A stretch of DNA of 61,297 nucleotides, counting the filler, from Gemmatimonadota bacterium (GTDB lineage: Bacteria > 4572-55 > J002), in NCBI GenBank assembly GCA_003697105.1. It is 4 parts of 4 records of this genome, joined end to end, with 100 filler letters (N's around TTAATTAATTAA, not from the genome) between each part and the next. Parts side by side here need not be neighbours in the genome. Positions count along the whole stretch, not along the records: positions 35,592 to 49,764 come from RFFQ01000051.1; positions 49,865 to 61,297 come from RFFQ01000055.1; 2 more parts are not named here. One strand, given 5' to 3'. The translations under genes were made by a program, and so were the position numbers. Below the pieces are notes generated by a model. It ran no database searches and had not been told where the DNA came from. It saw only the letters and a list, made by a program, of their open reading frames with translations. Of this stretch, positions 40,764 to 50,064 are shown one piece after another. Position 1 is the first letter of the stretch. Every line of letters begins with the position of its first letter.

Positions 40764-41528
40764 TTAGCCTAAAATAGAATATCCACCATCCACAATGAGG
40801 GTCTGTCCATGAATCATTTTCGCAAAGTTACTGCACAAGAACAGTGCGGCATCTGCCACATCATCGGGGGTTGTCAGCCGTCCTGCCGGTGTCTTTCGTT
40901 CTGATTCCGTGAGCAATTCCATCCGGTTGGGGAAGTGCTTCAGGGCATCGGTATCAACCACTCCCGCGGAAACGGCATTCACATTGATATTGTGTGGTGC
41001 TAGTTCTAGCGCCAGATGGCGGACTAGGGATTCCAGCGCCGCTTTGGATGATCCAACGGCGGTATAGTTGGGAATGGCACGAATTGCCCCTAAACTAGAA
41101 ACCGCAACAATTTTGCCGCCTCGATTTCCCATCAACGGGCGAGCATGTTGAACCAGCGGCAACAGCGCGGCGGCATTGATTTCCATCGTGTGATTCCAGT
41201 GTTTCAGGGTCAGTTCTAGTGCGGGCTTTAACACCCCGGAGGCGGCATTGCTGATCAAAATATCCAAAGTGCCAAATTCGCTCTGGATGGTATCGAACAT
41301 CCGGTCAATATGATCCGGTTCTTTGACATTAGCTCGGATCACAAGTGCTTTTGACCCCGACGCTTCGATTGCTTGCGCGGTTTCTTCTGCCGGTGTCCGG
41401 TGGCGGACATAATTGATTGCCACATCCGCACCGGATTCTGCCAGCCGGCGGGCTATCGCTTGACCAATCCCGCGTGACCCACCGGTAACCAGCGCTTTTT
41501 TGCCTTGCAAATCAATTTGAGTTGCCAT
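40764..41528 (-). CDS. fabL: Enoyl-[ACP] reductase FabL-type SDR
   Basis: TGGSRGIG, SNAASGVLKP, SSLG, catalytic Y-x6-K (NYTAVGSSKAALESL), IHGQTLIVDGG. Confidence 0.85.
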   Translation of the reverse strand: MATQIDLQGKKALVTGGSRGIGQAIARRLAESGADVAINYVRHRTPAEETAQAIEASGSKALVIRANVKEPDHIDRMFDTIQSEFGTLDILISNAASGVLKPALELTLKHWNHTMEINAAALLPLVQHARPLMGNRGGKIVAVSSLGAIRAIPNYTAVGSSKAALESLVRHLALELAPHNINVNAVSAGVVDTDALKHFPNRMELLTESERKTPAGRLTTPDDVADAALFLCSNFAKMIHGQTLIVDGGYSILG

Positions 41529-41732
41529 AAATCTTTCTTAATTTGGGATCGTGTGTAACGTAGGTTAATATGGGCGGTGTTTTATGTACCCTCGGGTTGT
41601 TTCACTGCCCAACCCGGGTCGCGCCCAGAAATCGGCTTGAAAACAAAAACCTCCTCTGGTACAATGGAATTCAAAAATCACTCTAACCACCATCGTATAA
41701 GAGGAGGTTATGCACATCGAGAAAACAACGCC

Positions 41733-41762
41733 AATGTACCATCCATGCTACCGAGTTGTCAA
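41733..41762 (-). promoter_or_regulatory. sigma70 promoter upstream of the fabL leader
   Basis: TTGACA (41762-41757), 18-bp spacer, TACATT (41738-41733) with extended -10 TG. Confidence 0.55.
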
Positions 41763-41893
41763 GCCCCAAATTACACGTTTTTCGGCAACTATTGCCCCCC
41801 TCAAAATCTGCAATTGGCAGGGAAAACCTTCGCCGCCCTGCGGGCACTCGTTTTCGTTATCTTTATGTCAAAAATACCGTATCCCTTCTCATG

Positions 41894-41920
41894 AAAAAAG
41901 CCCTTCCTTAGGAAGGGCTT
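41894..41920 (-). terminator. Intrinsic terminator of tRNA-Lys
   Basis: AAGCCCTTCC-TTA-GGAAGGGCTT stem with a T-tract on the minus strand. Confidence 0.8.
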
Positions 41921-41926
41921 GGGCAG

Positions 41927-42002
41927 TGGTGATCCGCCTGGGACTCGAACCCAGGACCACCTGCTTAAAAGGCAGATGCTCTACCGACTGAGCTAGCGGA
42001 TC
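41927..42002 (-). tRNA. tRNA-Lys (UUU)
   Basis: GATCCGC-TAGCTCAGTCGGTAGAGC-ATCTGC-CTTTTAA-GCAGG..CTGGG-TTCGAGT-CCCAG-GCGGATC-A-CCA; canonical 76-nt cloverleaf. Confidence 0.97.
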
Positions 42003-42028
42003 ATCATCCTTATTTTTGAAGGCGTCGC

Positions 42029-42057
42029 AATATATCATTTTTAGAGAGAGATGTCAA
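42029..42057 (-). promoter_or_regulatory. Stable-RNA type sigma70 promoter of tRNA-Lys
   Basis: TTGACA (42057-42052), 17-bp spacer, TATATT (42034-42029), TG extension, GC-rich discriminator GCGACGCC. Confidence 0.75.
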
Positions 42058-42206
42058 CCCTTAAGCCTAAAAAATCTTAGTGACCCATCTCGTTTTCACA
42101 GGAAAACGCTTGACCCTCTTCTCCAAATCGATTATTTAGAAGCACCCCACGGATTCCCCCAACGTTATTCTTTTCCCTATTCACTCTATTTTTTTAAGGA
42201 GTTTTT

Positions 42207-44975
42207 ATGCGTCACCTTATTTTTACTGGTTTAATCAGCCTGTTGGTCGTGTTTCCGGTTGTAATGGCGGCAGAAATTGCGCCGGAATTGGAAGCACAAC
42301 TGCAACAGATGGACGATGAGGCGTTTATTACCGTCATGATCGAAATGGCGGATCAGTTTGATACGCCGGCATTGGACCGCGATTTGAAACAACGCCGTGC
42401 TACCCGCCAACAGCGACATTATGAAGTTGTTACGGCGTTGCAAGATTGGGCAAACCGTACCCAAGCAGATGTTCTCAACTGGCTTGACCAGCAAGAATTG
42501 CAGGGTAAGGTTCAGAATGTGCAAAGTATGTGGATCAGTAATCTGATTTTTGCGGATATGCAAAAAGCGGTTGTTTATCAACTGGCGGCTTTTGATGAAA
42601 TTGCTACGCTCCACCCGAACTATGAAATGGAACTCATTGAACCCGTTCGCACCGAAAATAGTCGGGAAACCGGTTCCTTACGGCGAGTTGAATCCGGTTT
42701 GGAAGCCATCCGCGCTGATGAAGTGTGGGCAATGGGCATCAATGGTGAAGGCACACTGGTTTCAAACGTGGATTCCGGTGTGGATGGGAATCATCCTGCG
42801 TTAGCCGACCGGTGGCTCGGTCTGGAAAGACCGTGGCAAGAGTGCTGGTATAATGCCCAAGACCCCAATGGTTCTCAATTTCCCATCGCGGTGGACGGGG
42901 CACACGGCACGCACACCATGGGGACGGAAACCGGTCTGGGGGTGGCTACAGGAGATACCATCGGGGTGGCATGGGGTGCTCAATGGATTGCCGCCGGTGT
43001 GGAATTCAGTGGTGGTAGTACCCAACGGCTCGTCAATTCCCTGCAATGGATCGCCAACCCGGATGGTGACCCGACCAACGATGATGATGTCCCTGATGTC
43101 TGTAATAATTCGTGGGGAAGTTCGACCCCATGCCGCACAGTATATGATGGTGTGATCCAAAATTGTGAAGCCAACGGGTGCGCGATTGTCTTCTCCGCCG
43201 GAAATTCAGGTCCGGGACCCCAAACGATTGGTAGTCCGGCAAGTTCAATTTTGACTCCTTACACGGTCTTTGCCGTAGGTGCGGTGAATGGGCATGGTAG
43301 CAACCCACCGTATCCGATTGCGTCCTTTAGTAGCCGAGGTCCCTCCGGTTGTGATGGGCAAACTATCAAACCGGAAGTGTCCGCGCCGGGGGTGGAAGTC
43401 CGCTCCTCCGTGCCGGGCGGTGGGTATCAAAGTTCCGGCTGGAGTGGCACCTCGATGGCGGCACCGCATGTCTCGGGAACGATGGCACTGATGCGCCAAG
43501 TTGACCCCAATATTGAAGTGGATGTGATGAAAGATATTCTGATGAGTACCGCCATTGATCATGGCAGTCCCGGTGAAGATAATGATTATGGTTGGGGTGT
43601 CATTGATGCGTACGCTGCGGTGATGGAAGTCTTTGCCCGGCTCTCTGCTTTTGAAGGGACCGTGACAGATGCCGAAAGCGGTGAGGAACTGCGGGAAACG
43701 CATGTTTATATTGAGGATACCGCGTTTGAGACCGTCTCCGATGTGAATGGCTTCTACCATCTCTCTGCCCAACCCGGTGAATATTTTATCAGCGCCGAGC
43801 GGTTTGGGTATTATGATTTTGTCTCGGAAATCAGTTATACCATTGCCTCCCAAGAAACGATCATCGTTGATATCGAAATGGATGCCCGCCCTACCGGTAC
43901 GCTTTATGGCATGGTGACCGATACCCAAGGTAATCCGTTGGAAAATGCCGGATTTTCACCGGTGGGTGTGCCGGTGGACCCCTTTTATACGGACGGTAAT
44001 GGGGAATATGCTGTTGAACTGCCGGGCGATTATGAATACACGTTGTTTGTGTATGCTCCCGATCATGACCCGCAGGAAATTACAGTTGAAATCCCAGCCG
44101 GTAGCGAGGTAGAACTCAATGTGGAGATGGTTTTTGTGCAAAGTTTTGAAGAGTCTGATGGGGGTTTTACATTAAGTGGGAGTGGGAATGAGTGGGAGTG
44201 GGGTGCTCCGACTGAAGAAGGAGGACCCGCTTTTGCCTACAGTGGTGACTATGTTTGGGGCACGGATTTGGATGGCGTCTATGGTTCCAACCGGCGTTAT
44301 AATCTGATTACCCCCACGTACCATATTGGCATTGATTCCACTGCTAAATTGGTATTTTATACGTGGTACGAACTCAGCGAAGGGTGGGATGGCGGCAATG
44401 TCGCTATTACCACCAATGCCGGTGAGGATTGGACGATCATTGACCCGGTGGGTGGTTATCCCGATGATTCCATTGTGGGATTAGGTGGTGCGCGTGGTTT
44501 TACGGGTGATTCCGATGGTTGGGAGCGGGTTGAATTTCCGCTAGCGGACTATCTTAATCAAGATGTGCAATTCCGCTTCCGCTTTGGTAGCACAAACGAT
44601 CCCCAACGAGGTTGGTTTATTGACAATTTCGCGCTGTACGGTTCGACCGATTTTGGGATCGATGTACCTTCCACCCAGACGCAGATTCAAACACCGCTTT
44701 ACTATGAGCTACACCCAAATTACCCCAATCCGTTTAACCCGTTTACGCTGATCCATTACCAAATTCCTCGGTCGGATTGGGTCTCCTTGCGAATTTACAA
44801 CAGCGAAGGCCGGTTAATACGGACACTCGTCGAGGGTGAACAACCCGCCGGCGCCTATTCCGTAGAATGGGATGGTAAACGAGCCGACCGACGCCCCGTA
44901 CCGAGCGGTATCTACTATTACCGCCTCGATGCCGGAGAGTTTAGCCAAACCCGTAGTATGGTTCTCCTCAAGTAA
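42207..44975 (+). CDS. Secreted S8 subtilisin-like (bacillopeptidase F-like) protease with carboxypeptidase-regulatory-like domains and T9SS/FlgD-type CTD
   Basis: Catalytic VDSGVD, HGTHTMGT, GTSMAAPH; AGNSG oxyanion Asn; [12 protein letters not shown]...SGIYYYRL...MVLLK. Confidence 0.93.
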   Translation: MRHLIFTGLISLLVVFPVVMAAEIAPELEAQLQQMDDEAFITVMIEMADQFDTPALDRDLKQRRATRQQRHYEVVTALQDWANRTQADVLNWLDQQELQGKVQNVQSMWISNLIFADMQKAVVYQLAAFDEIATLHPNYEMELIEPVRTENSRETGSLRRVESGLEAIRADEVWAMGINGEGTLVSNVDSGVDGNHPALADRWLGLERPWQECWYNAQDPNGSQFPIAVDGAHGTHTMGTETGLGVATGDTIGVAWGAQWIAAGVEFSGGSTQRLVNSLQWIANPDGDPTNDDDVPDVCNNSWGSSTPCRTVYDGVIQNCEANGCAIVFSAGNSGPGPQTIGSPASSILTPYTVFAVGAVNGHGSNPPYPIASFSSRGPSGCDGQTIKPEVSAPGVEVRSSVPGGGYQSSGWSGTSMAAPHVSGTMALMRQVDPNIEVDVMKDILMSTAIDHGSPGEDNDYGWGVIDAYAAVMEVFARLSAFEGTVTDAESGEELRETHVYIEDTAFETVSDVNGFYHLSAQPGEYFISAERFGYYDFVSEISYTIASQETIIVDIEMDARPTGTLYGMVTDTQGNPLENAGFSPVGVPVDPFYTDGNGEYAVELPGDYEYTLFVYAPDHDPQEITVEIPAGSEVELNVEMVFVQSFEESDGGFTLSGSGNEWEWGAPTEEGGPAFAYSGDYVWGTDLDGVYGSNRRYNLITPTYHIGIDSTAKLVFYTWYELSEGWDGGNVAITTNAGEDWTIIDPVGGYPDDSIVGLGGARGFTGDSDGWERVEFPLADYLNQDVQFRFRFGSTNDPQRGWFIDNFALYGSTDFGIDVPSTQTQIQTPLYYELHPNYPNPFNPFTLIHYQIPRSDWVSLRIYNSEGRLIRTLVEGEQPAGAYSVEWDGKRADRRPVPSGIYYYRLDAGEFSQTRSMVLLK

Positions 44976-45006
44976 ATCGCACCGTTGTAAGCGGTAATCG
45001 AACGTC

Positions 45007-45046
45007 AAAACCCCGTGAGTGAAATTATACACTCACGGGGTTTTTT
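45007..45046. terminator. Bidirectional intrinsic terminator
   Basis: AAAACCCCGTGAGTG / CACTCACGGGGTTTTTT between convergent genes. Confidence 0.85.
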
Positions 45047-45088
45047 AGAAGACAGAATTTAACGCGGTAACGCGTGTTCATGACGGGG

Positions 45089-46591
45089 TTAATACCAATT
45101 CATGAACTCATTTTTCAGATATTCGTGCATCATGGCATTTCGATCGGTTTCGCTGGGAGTTTCCAGATATTTGAATGGCGAATCTTCCTCGTTGGATAAG
45201 ATGGAATGGCAGGTGGTGCAATCATAAGCGATGGTAGAACCATCTTCGGCAACTAGATTTTGATTATGGCAACGAAAACATCCGTCTTCTGTGCCGCGAT
45301 GCCCGATATGGCTGGGATATGTACCCCATTCGATCTGCATCTGATGGTGGATATTACGGTTATACACCGCCTGTAACACCGTAATTGCTTGATCAATTGC
45401 CGCCATTTTTTGCCCGGCAATGCGGGGATAGTTGCGCTGGTAGAACCCGGATAGATGGGCTTCAATACCACTCATTGCCGCCGCCTGATTGGGATAATTC
45501 GCGGTGATGGCGCTCAATGCTTCTCGTTTGAGATAAGGCAATGACCGGTCTAACAATCCCTTGCGAATCCGGTCGTCAATTGCGGTTTCGGGGTCTTCAT
45601 AGATGTGGGTTGCCCGATTGTGGCAATCAATACAATCGAATGTTCGGATATCCTCGGCGTGGGCATCCTCGTGCAGGCGTTGGTTCGTATAGCGCTTAAA
45701 ACTGCCATCTTCTTGCCGGACTTCCACCCAAATCATTTTTTTGCGCTCATCATTTACGGAAGCATAGCGAACTTCATTTTCTTTACCGATGTGCCAATGA
45801 ATGCCGGCTCTTTCACCCGGATGGCCGGTGTCGATTTTCAGCCCCAAGGTGGTGTACTTTGGTGTGGAAGTTGAATCGCGGTCATAATGGATAATCGTTT
45901 TGAGTTTACTTCCGTAAAATTTATCGGGCCAATGACATTTTTCACACGTTTCGCGAGCGGGGCGTAGGCGGTGAACCGGTGTGGGTATCGGGCGACTATA
46001 GATATCGAACGCCGCCAACACCATTTGCCGGGCGCCGTTCAACTTCGAGTCGATCAGGGCATCCACACCTTCTCCCACATGGCATTCCACGCACTTCACG
46101 CGGGCATGGGGGGAATCCTGATACGTTGTCCATTCTGGGTTCATGACGGTATGGCAGGTTGTGCCGCAAAATTCTGGTGTATCCATAAAATGCAAACCCC
46201 GTACACTTGCCCCACCCATAAAAATCACATTGATTAATGTTAGGATGGCGACGGTCAAGAAGAGCCGCGATCCGGTTTGATGTGCCACCACATCATCTGG
46301 GGAAAAGCGCTCGTTCAGCAGTTCTTTGGTTGATTTTCCCCGTTGTTTGGTGTAGCGCCACCAGCCGATGGGGATCAGCACTAGCCCGATCAAAAAGAGG
46401 GTGGGGAAGGTCAAATAAGTAATCAGCCCCATGTACTGATTGGTAAAGATGCCGAGAATCCGGGCAAATTCTAAAATAATAAAGGTAATAAAGGAGGACG
46501 TTGCCAGTACTACCCCAATTTTGCCAAACCAGTTGACCGAAATACCGCGCAGAAAATTCAGATATTTTTGAAACATAGTTGTGTTCTCCAT
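45089..46591 (-). CDS. Membrane-anchored NapC/NirT-family multiheme cytochrome c (6 hemes), extended form
   Basis: Three N-terminal TM helices; TPEFCGTTCH (Cx3CH), SPHARVKCVECH, CEKCH, CIDCH, CFRCH, CTTCH. Confidence 0.85.
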   Translation of the reverse strand: MENTTMFQKYLNFLRGISVNWFGKIGVVLATSSFITFIILEFARILGIFTNQYMGLITYLTFPTLFLIGLVLIPIGWWRYTKQRGKSTKELLNERFSPDDVVAHQTGSRLFLTVAILTLINVIFMGGASVRGLHFMDTPEFCGTTCHTVMNPEWTTYQDSPHARVKCVECHVGEGVDALIDSKLNGARQMVLAAFDIYSRPIPTPVHRLRPARETCEKCHWPDKFYGSKLKTIIHYDRDSTSTPKYTTLGLKIDTGHPGERAGIHWHIGKENEVRYASVNDERKKMIWVEVRQEDGSFKRYTNQRLHEDAHAEDIRTFDCIDCHNRATHIYEDPETAIDDRIRKGLLDRSLPYLKREALSAITANYPNQAAAMSGIEAHLSGFYQRNYPRIAGQKMAAIDQAITVLQAVYNRNIHHQMQIEWGTYPSHIGHRGTEDGCFRCHNQNLVAEDGSTIAYDCTTCHSILSNEEDSPFKYLETPSETDRNAMMHEYLKNEFMNWY

Positions 46592-46648
46592 TCGCGCCTA
46601 TTTCGGGCAAGCGCGGGAATTCCACACTTGCCCGGTAAAATCATCATC

Positions 46649-48001
46649 TTAGTTTTTCTGGGCGGCTTCTTCAAACAGCGGTGCATAAATTTTTTGAATC
46701 TCGCCGGAACGAATGGCGGCTTTGAGTTCCTCTGTCGGTTTGTTGACCCATTCGTGCATGGGGTCATTGGCAATCATATCATCAATGATTTTGTTGACAT
46801 CCGGATCGTTATATTTGCGAGCTTCGGGGATTAGTTTAAAGTAAAAGTGCTGAGCAACTTCATAAAATCCGTGCCACCACGTGTAGTCTGGACCCATCAT
46901 GGACGCCCCATGACGCGCTCGACGCCCCTCATGATGCCAAAGCTCCCAATAAATCCACTCTATTTTATTACTAAAGGATGCTTTATTTTCCAGCAATCCT
47001 TTTTCCTTGATGGTGTTGAGAATAGCAGTTGCGGGTTCCGCATATTTTTCATTGTAGAGCCGCACGGTGGCATCATATTGGTAAAAGTGCCCATCGGTGA
47101 AACCGGGACCATGACACGCGACACACACATCTTGCATATTTGCCCGGCGTTGTTCCCAATTATCCAGATGTTTAGATTTTGGTGGACGGAGCGTCCATGC
47201 AATGCGGGTTCCGGCATCATGCGTGATTGGTTGATTCTTGGTGGCGGACATGTGACACGTGGCACACGTGGGGGCAACGTAGTAATCCTCACCCACCACC
47301 CATTTATCCGAATCCAGATTCATTTTATCAATGTTAGTGTAATACGTGTTGCCGTGTTTGGACTCTTCATACACTTCTTTTTGCGGGTGATCCGGTCCCA
47401 GATGGCATTTGGAACAGGCTTCCGGCTGGCGTGCCTGCGCTTTATCAAAGCTGTGACGGGTGTGGCACGCATTACACGATCCGTTTGAACCGTCCGGGTT
47501 AAGCCGCCCAATACCGGAATTGGGCCACGTTGAACGGTGGAGCTTATTCGGCGAAGATTCGTCAATCTTCACTTTTGCTCCGTGACAACTTTCACAACCC
47601 AGTGCGGCAACGGGTGCACCGGCGGTCACATGTGCCAGATACGCATCTTTGGAATCCAGAATTTTACCGGCGGAGGCATGATATGACTCTTGAAATTCTG
47701 TCGATTCTTTCTCATGACAACGCCCGCAGTCCTTCGGCGTTACCAACGTGGCAATGGTGGCACCATGATGCTCATAAGCATCTGGATCGTCCTTTTCTGC
47801 AACGTGACAACTGATACAGGTCACTTTATGAAACGCATGTTGGGACTCATACCATTGCTTGTACAAGCCGGGGGATTTCTCCTTGTGGCAGGTCATACAT
47901 TCTCCGGCAACTTTGGGATCCACGCTGGATAATGCCGGATTGGCGCTGAAGATCACCACGATAAACGTCGTGATCACTCCTATTAACACAAAATTTCTCA
48001 T
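46649..48001 (-). CDS. Octaheme hydroxylamine-oxidoreductase (HAO)-family protein, probably reductive type
   Basis: 8 CxxCH; WPNSGIGRLNPDGS, CNACHTRHSF, CHLGPDHPQKEVYEESKHG, WHHEGRRARHGASMMGPDYTWWHG; signal peptide; AAGGAGG RBS before the ATG at 48001. Confidence 0.9.
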   Translation of the reverse strand: MRNFVLIGVITTFIVVIFSANPALSSVDPKVAGECMTCHKEKSPGLYKQWYESQHAFHKVTCISCHVAEKDDPDAYEHHGATIATLVTPKDCGRCHEKESTEFQESYHASAGKILDSKDAYLAHVTAGAPVAALGCESCHGAKVKIDESSPNKLHRSTWPNSGIGRLNPDGSNGSCNACHTRHSFDKAQARQPEACSKCHLGPDHPQKEVYEESKHGNTYYTNIDKMNLDSDKWVVGEDYYVAPTCATCHMSATKNQPITHDAGTRIAWTLRPPKSKHLDNWEQRRANMQDVCVACHGPGFTDGHFYQYDATVRLYNEKYAEPATAILNTIKEKGLLENKASFSNKIEWIYWELWHHEGRRARHGASMMGPDYTWWHGFYEVAQHFYFKLIPEARKYNDPDVNKIIDDMIANDPMHEWVNKPTEELKAAIRSGEIQKIYAPLFEEAAQKN

Positions 48002-48028
48002 TAGATTACCCTCCTTACAGGTCATCGT

Positions 48029-49264
48029 TTAGAAATTAACAATGGTTTGTCCATAAACCCAACCGGATGCGTCTTCACCGTACCAATCCTTGAAAACATC
48101 TCCGGGTGAAAAAGCAGAAATACCGCCAGTAAAGCGAATATTGGCGTTGTAGGTGTAGATCAGAGTCAGGTCGATCTCCGTCCCAAGAGCTGTTTCTTCC
48201 GTTCCATCCGAGAGAAGCGCATCCTGAGCTAGACTGAACAGGTGCAAATCGCCCTTAAACAATAAATTCTCACGCGGTGTGAAACCGGATTTCAGCATGA
48301 TGTCAACCAGACCCTTGTTTTGAGTATTCACCGGTATGTTGGTGAAATAATCCATGAAGCCATAAAACTTATGGTTAGTGGCGTATAAGGTATCGAAGCA
48401 TTCATATTCTTCGGTTTCTGGATCATCGCCCGTCAGTATATCCATTCCCAGACCGACAAACGGTTTCAGATGATGATTGAACTTATACATCGCGAAAACG
48501 GTCAACATACCTGCCGCAATGTCGGTATCACCAAAATTGGTGGTACCTCCTTGAAATGCTAACTCAGCTTTTAGATTCAAACCACCAAAGTTCCCCTTGA
48601 AGTAGGTGCCAATCGTGGCTCGCTCCAACAGCGCGTCTTCATCAGCGTTTTCTTGGGCATCCTGCTCCGCCAACACATACACGTCAATGGCATAATTATC
48701 GGCGGGTTTAATCTGGGTATATACCCCGGAAAATGTCTGGTCACCGTCATTTTCGTCCGGCGCTTGATTCGATTCATAAAGTTGTGTATTGAATAGATCG
48801 ATCTGCACTTTACCGAATGATAACATCGCCACGCCGCCATCGAAAGACCGGCCCACATTGTGCCAACCAACGGCTCCGATTAACCGTTCATTGCCATAAA
48901 CCATCTCCATACGACCCATTTTGATCGATAACCAATCCCACCAGAGCCGGTTTACTTGAAAATAGGCTTGGTGCAGATCGACATTCGCCGTAGAGGAGAG
49001 GGTAGAGGCTTCTGTCCCGTAAATTCGAGAATCTTGCAACTGAACAAAAGCAAGCCATCCCTGAGGAGAGGTCGCTTTGATGTTGATCCGGGTTCGTAAC
49101 GCGGTAACGTCATATGGATCGGTATCACTGTTGAAATCTTTGTCAATACTTTCTCCACGAACCCGTAATTGCCCGCCAATAGTAAGTTCTGTTTCTTGTG
49201 CTCCTAACCAAGACGGGGTAATTAGTAAAACAGATAACACTATTAGACTGAAATAACGCATCAT
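48029..49264 (-). CDS. Outer-membrane beta-barrel, alginate-export (AlgE)-like family
   Basis: Signal peptide; GQLRVRGE, LQDSR, DLHQAY, GRMEMVYGNERLIG..GW.NVGRSFDG, HKFYGFMD, GTEIDL, C-terminal Phe. Confidence 0.85.
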   Translation of the reverse strand: MMRYFSLIVLSVLLITPSWLGAQETELTIGGQLRVRGESIDKDFNSDTDPYDVTALRTRINIKATSPQGWLAFVQLQDSRIYGTEASTLSSTANVDLHQAYFQVNRLWWDWLSIKMGRMEMVYGNERLIGAVGWHNVGRSFDGGVAMLSFGKVQIDLFNTQLYESNQAPDENDGDQTFSGVYTQIKPADNYAIDVYVLAEQDAQENADEDALLERATIGTYFKGNFGGLNLKAELAFQGGTTNFGDTDIAAGMLTVFAMYKFNHHLKPFVGLGMDILTGDDPETEEYECFDTLYATNHKFYGFMDYFTNIPVNTQNKGLVDIMLKSGFTPRENLLFKGDLHLFSLAQDALLSDGTEETALGTEIDLTLIYTYNANIRFTGGISAFSPGDVFKDWYGEDASGWVYGQTIVNF

Positions 49265-49393
49265 AAAACCTCCATAACAAGTTTGAAAAATGAAACCTTT
49301 CGCGGGATATGTATTTGTACTGCCATCCTTCCCGGAAAAGCTAGATAAATAGAACTGTAGGATAATAGATAGGTAAAACCGGAATGACTTACC

Positions 49394-49407
49394 TTGACTT
49401 TAGTCAA
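49394..49407. promoter_or_regulatory. FNR/CRP-family operator upstream of the porin-HAO-NapC operon
   Basis: Perfect palindrome TTGAC-TTTA-GTCAA (FNR-type TTGA[TC]-N4-[AG]TCAA), about 130 bp upstream of the porin start. Confidence 0.65.
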
Positions 49408-49427
49408 TTTTGTAAAACCTTACGCAT

Positions 49428-49453
49428 AAAAAAAGAGCCAGATGTCTGGCTCT
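49428..49453 (-). terminator. Intrinsic terminator after the partial STAS gene
   Basis: AGAGCCAGA / TCTGGCTCT stem with a T-tract on the minus strand. Confidence 0.7.
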
Positions 49454-49503
49454 GTAAAAGGAAATGAGGAATTATAGGGCAACCCACTTAATCCGCAAGG
49501 GTG

Positions 49504-49764
49504 TTATGCGGCAGGTCGCATTTCATTAAGGGGGGTTTCTTGGATAGTTGCTTTATTGGCAAAGTCAAAAAAACCGCACAAATCCAGTGTTTCAAATGCG
49601 GCACTTCGGGGATTCACCACGAAGATGATCTGAATTTTCTGCTGGTTCAGTTTGGAATACAATCCAATCAGATGACCAATAGCAACCGATGTTAATTGCC
49701 GGAGTTGGTATAAATCAAAATAAATTTGGGTGATGTTATCCAAATTTTCCGTCCAGTATTGCAA
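49504..49764 (-). CDS. STAS-domain protein, 5'-truncated at gap; paralog of 6374-6769
   Basis: FDLYQLRQLTSVAIGH...LDLCGFFD aligns with IDLRQVEYLNSMAIGH...LQFCGFFD. Confidence 0.65.
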   Translation of the reverse strand: MQYWTENLDNITQIYFDLYQLRQLTSVAIGHLIGLYSKLNQQKIQIIFVVNPRSAAFETLDLCGFFDFANKATIQETPLNEMRPAA

Positions 49765-49864
49765 NNNNNNNNNNNNNNNNNNNNNNNNNNNNNNNNNNNN
49801 NNNNNNNNTTAATTAATTAANNNNNNNNNNNNNNNNNNNNNNNNNNNNNNNNNNNNNNNNNNNN
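49765..49864. other. Assembly gap/contig linker
   Basis: 44 N + TTAATTAATTAA + 44 N. Confidence 0.97.
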
Positions 49865-50064
49865 CTCCAGCTTCTAGCTCCCATCCTCCAGCCTCTAGCC
49901 CCCAGTCTCCAGCTTCTAGCTCCCATCCTCCAGCCTCTAGCCCCCATCCTCCAGCTTCTAGCCCCCAGCCTCTAGCTTCTAGCCCCCAGTCTCCAGCTTC
50001 TAGCTCCCATCCTCCAGCCTCTAGCCCCCAGCCTCTAGCTTCTAGCCCCCAGCCTCTAGCCTCT
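49865..50064 (+). repeat. Heptamer-based (3x7 = 21-bp) tandem repeat array
   Basis: Degenerate CTCCAGC/TTCTAGC/CCCCAGC units; nine full 21-bp units plus a partial; runs into the gap. Confidence 0.92.

Noticed and set aside
41710-41991. 93-aa ORF behind a strong GAGGAGG, resembling a type I toxin mRNA with sequestered SD
   Set aside because: The product is not a short hydrophobic peptide, and the ORF runs antisense through a promoter, a terminator and tRNA-Lys. The SD-like sequence is better explained as a hairpin arm.
49865-50064. Possible CRISPR array
   Set aside because: Contiguous short repeats with no unique spacers, and no cas genes in the window.
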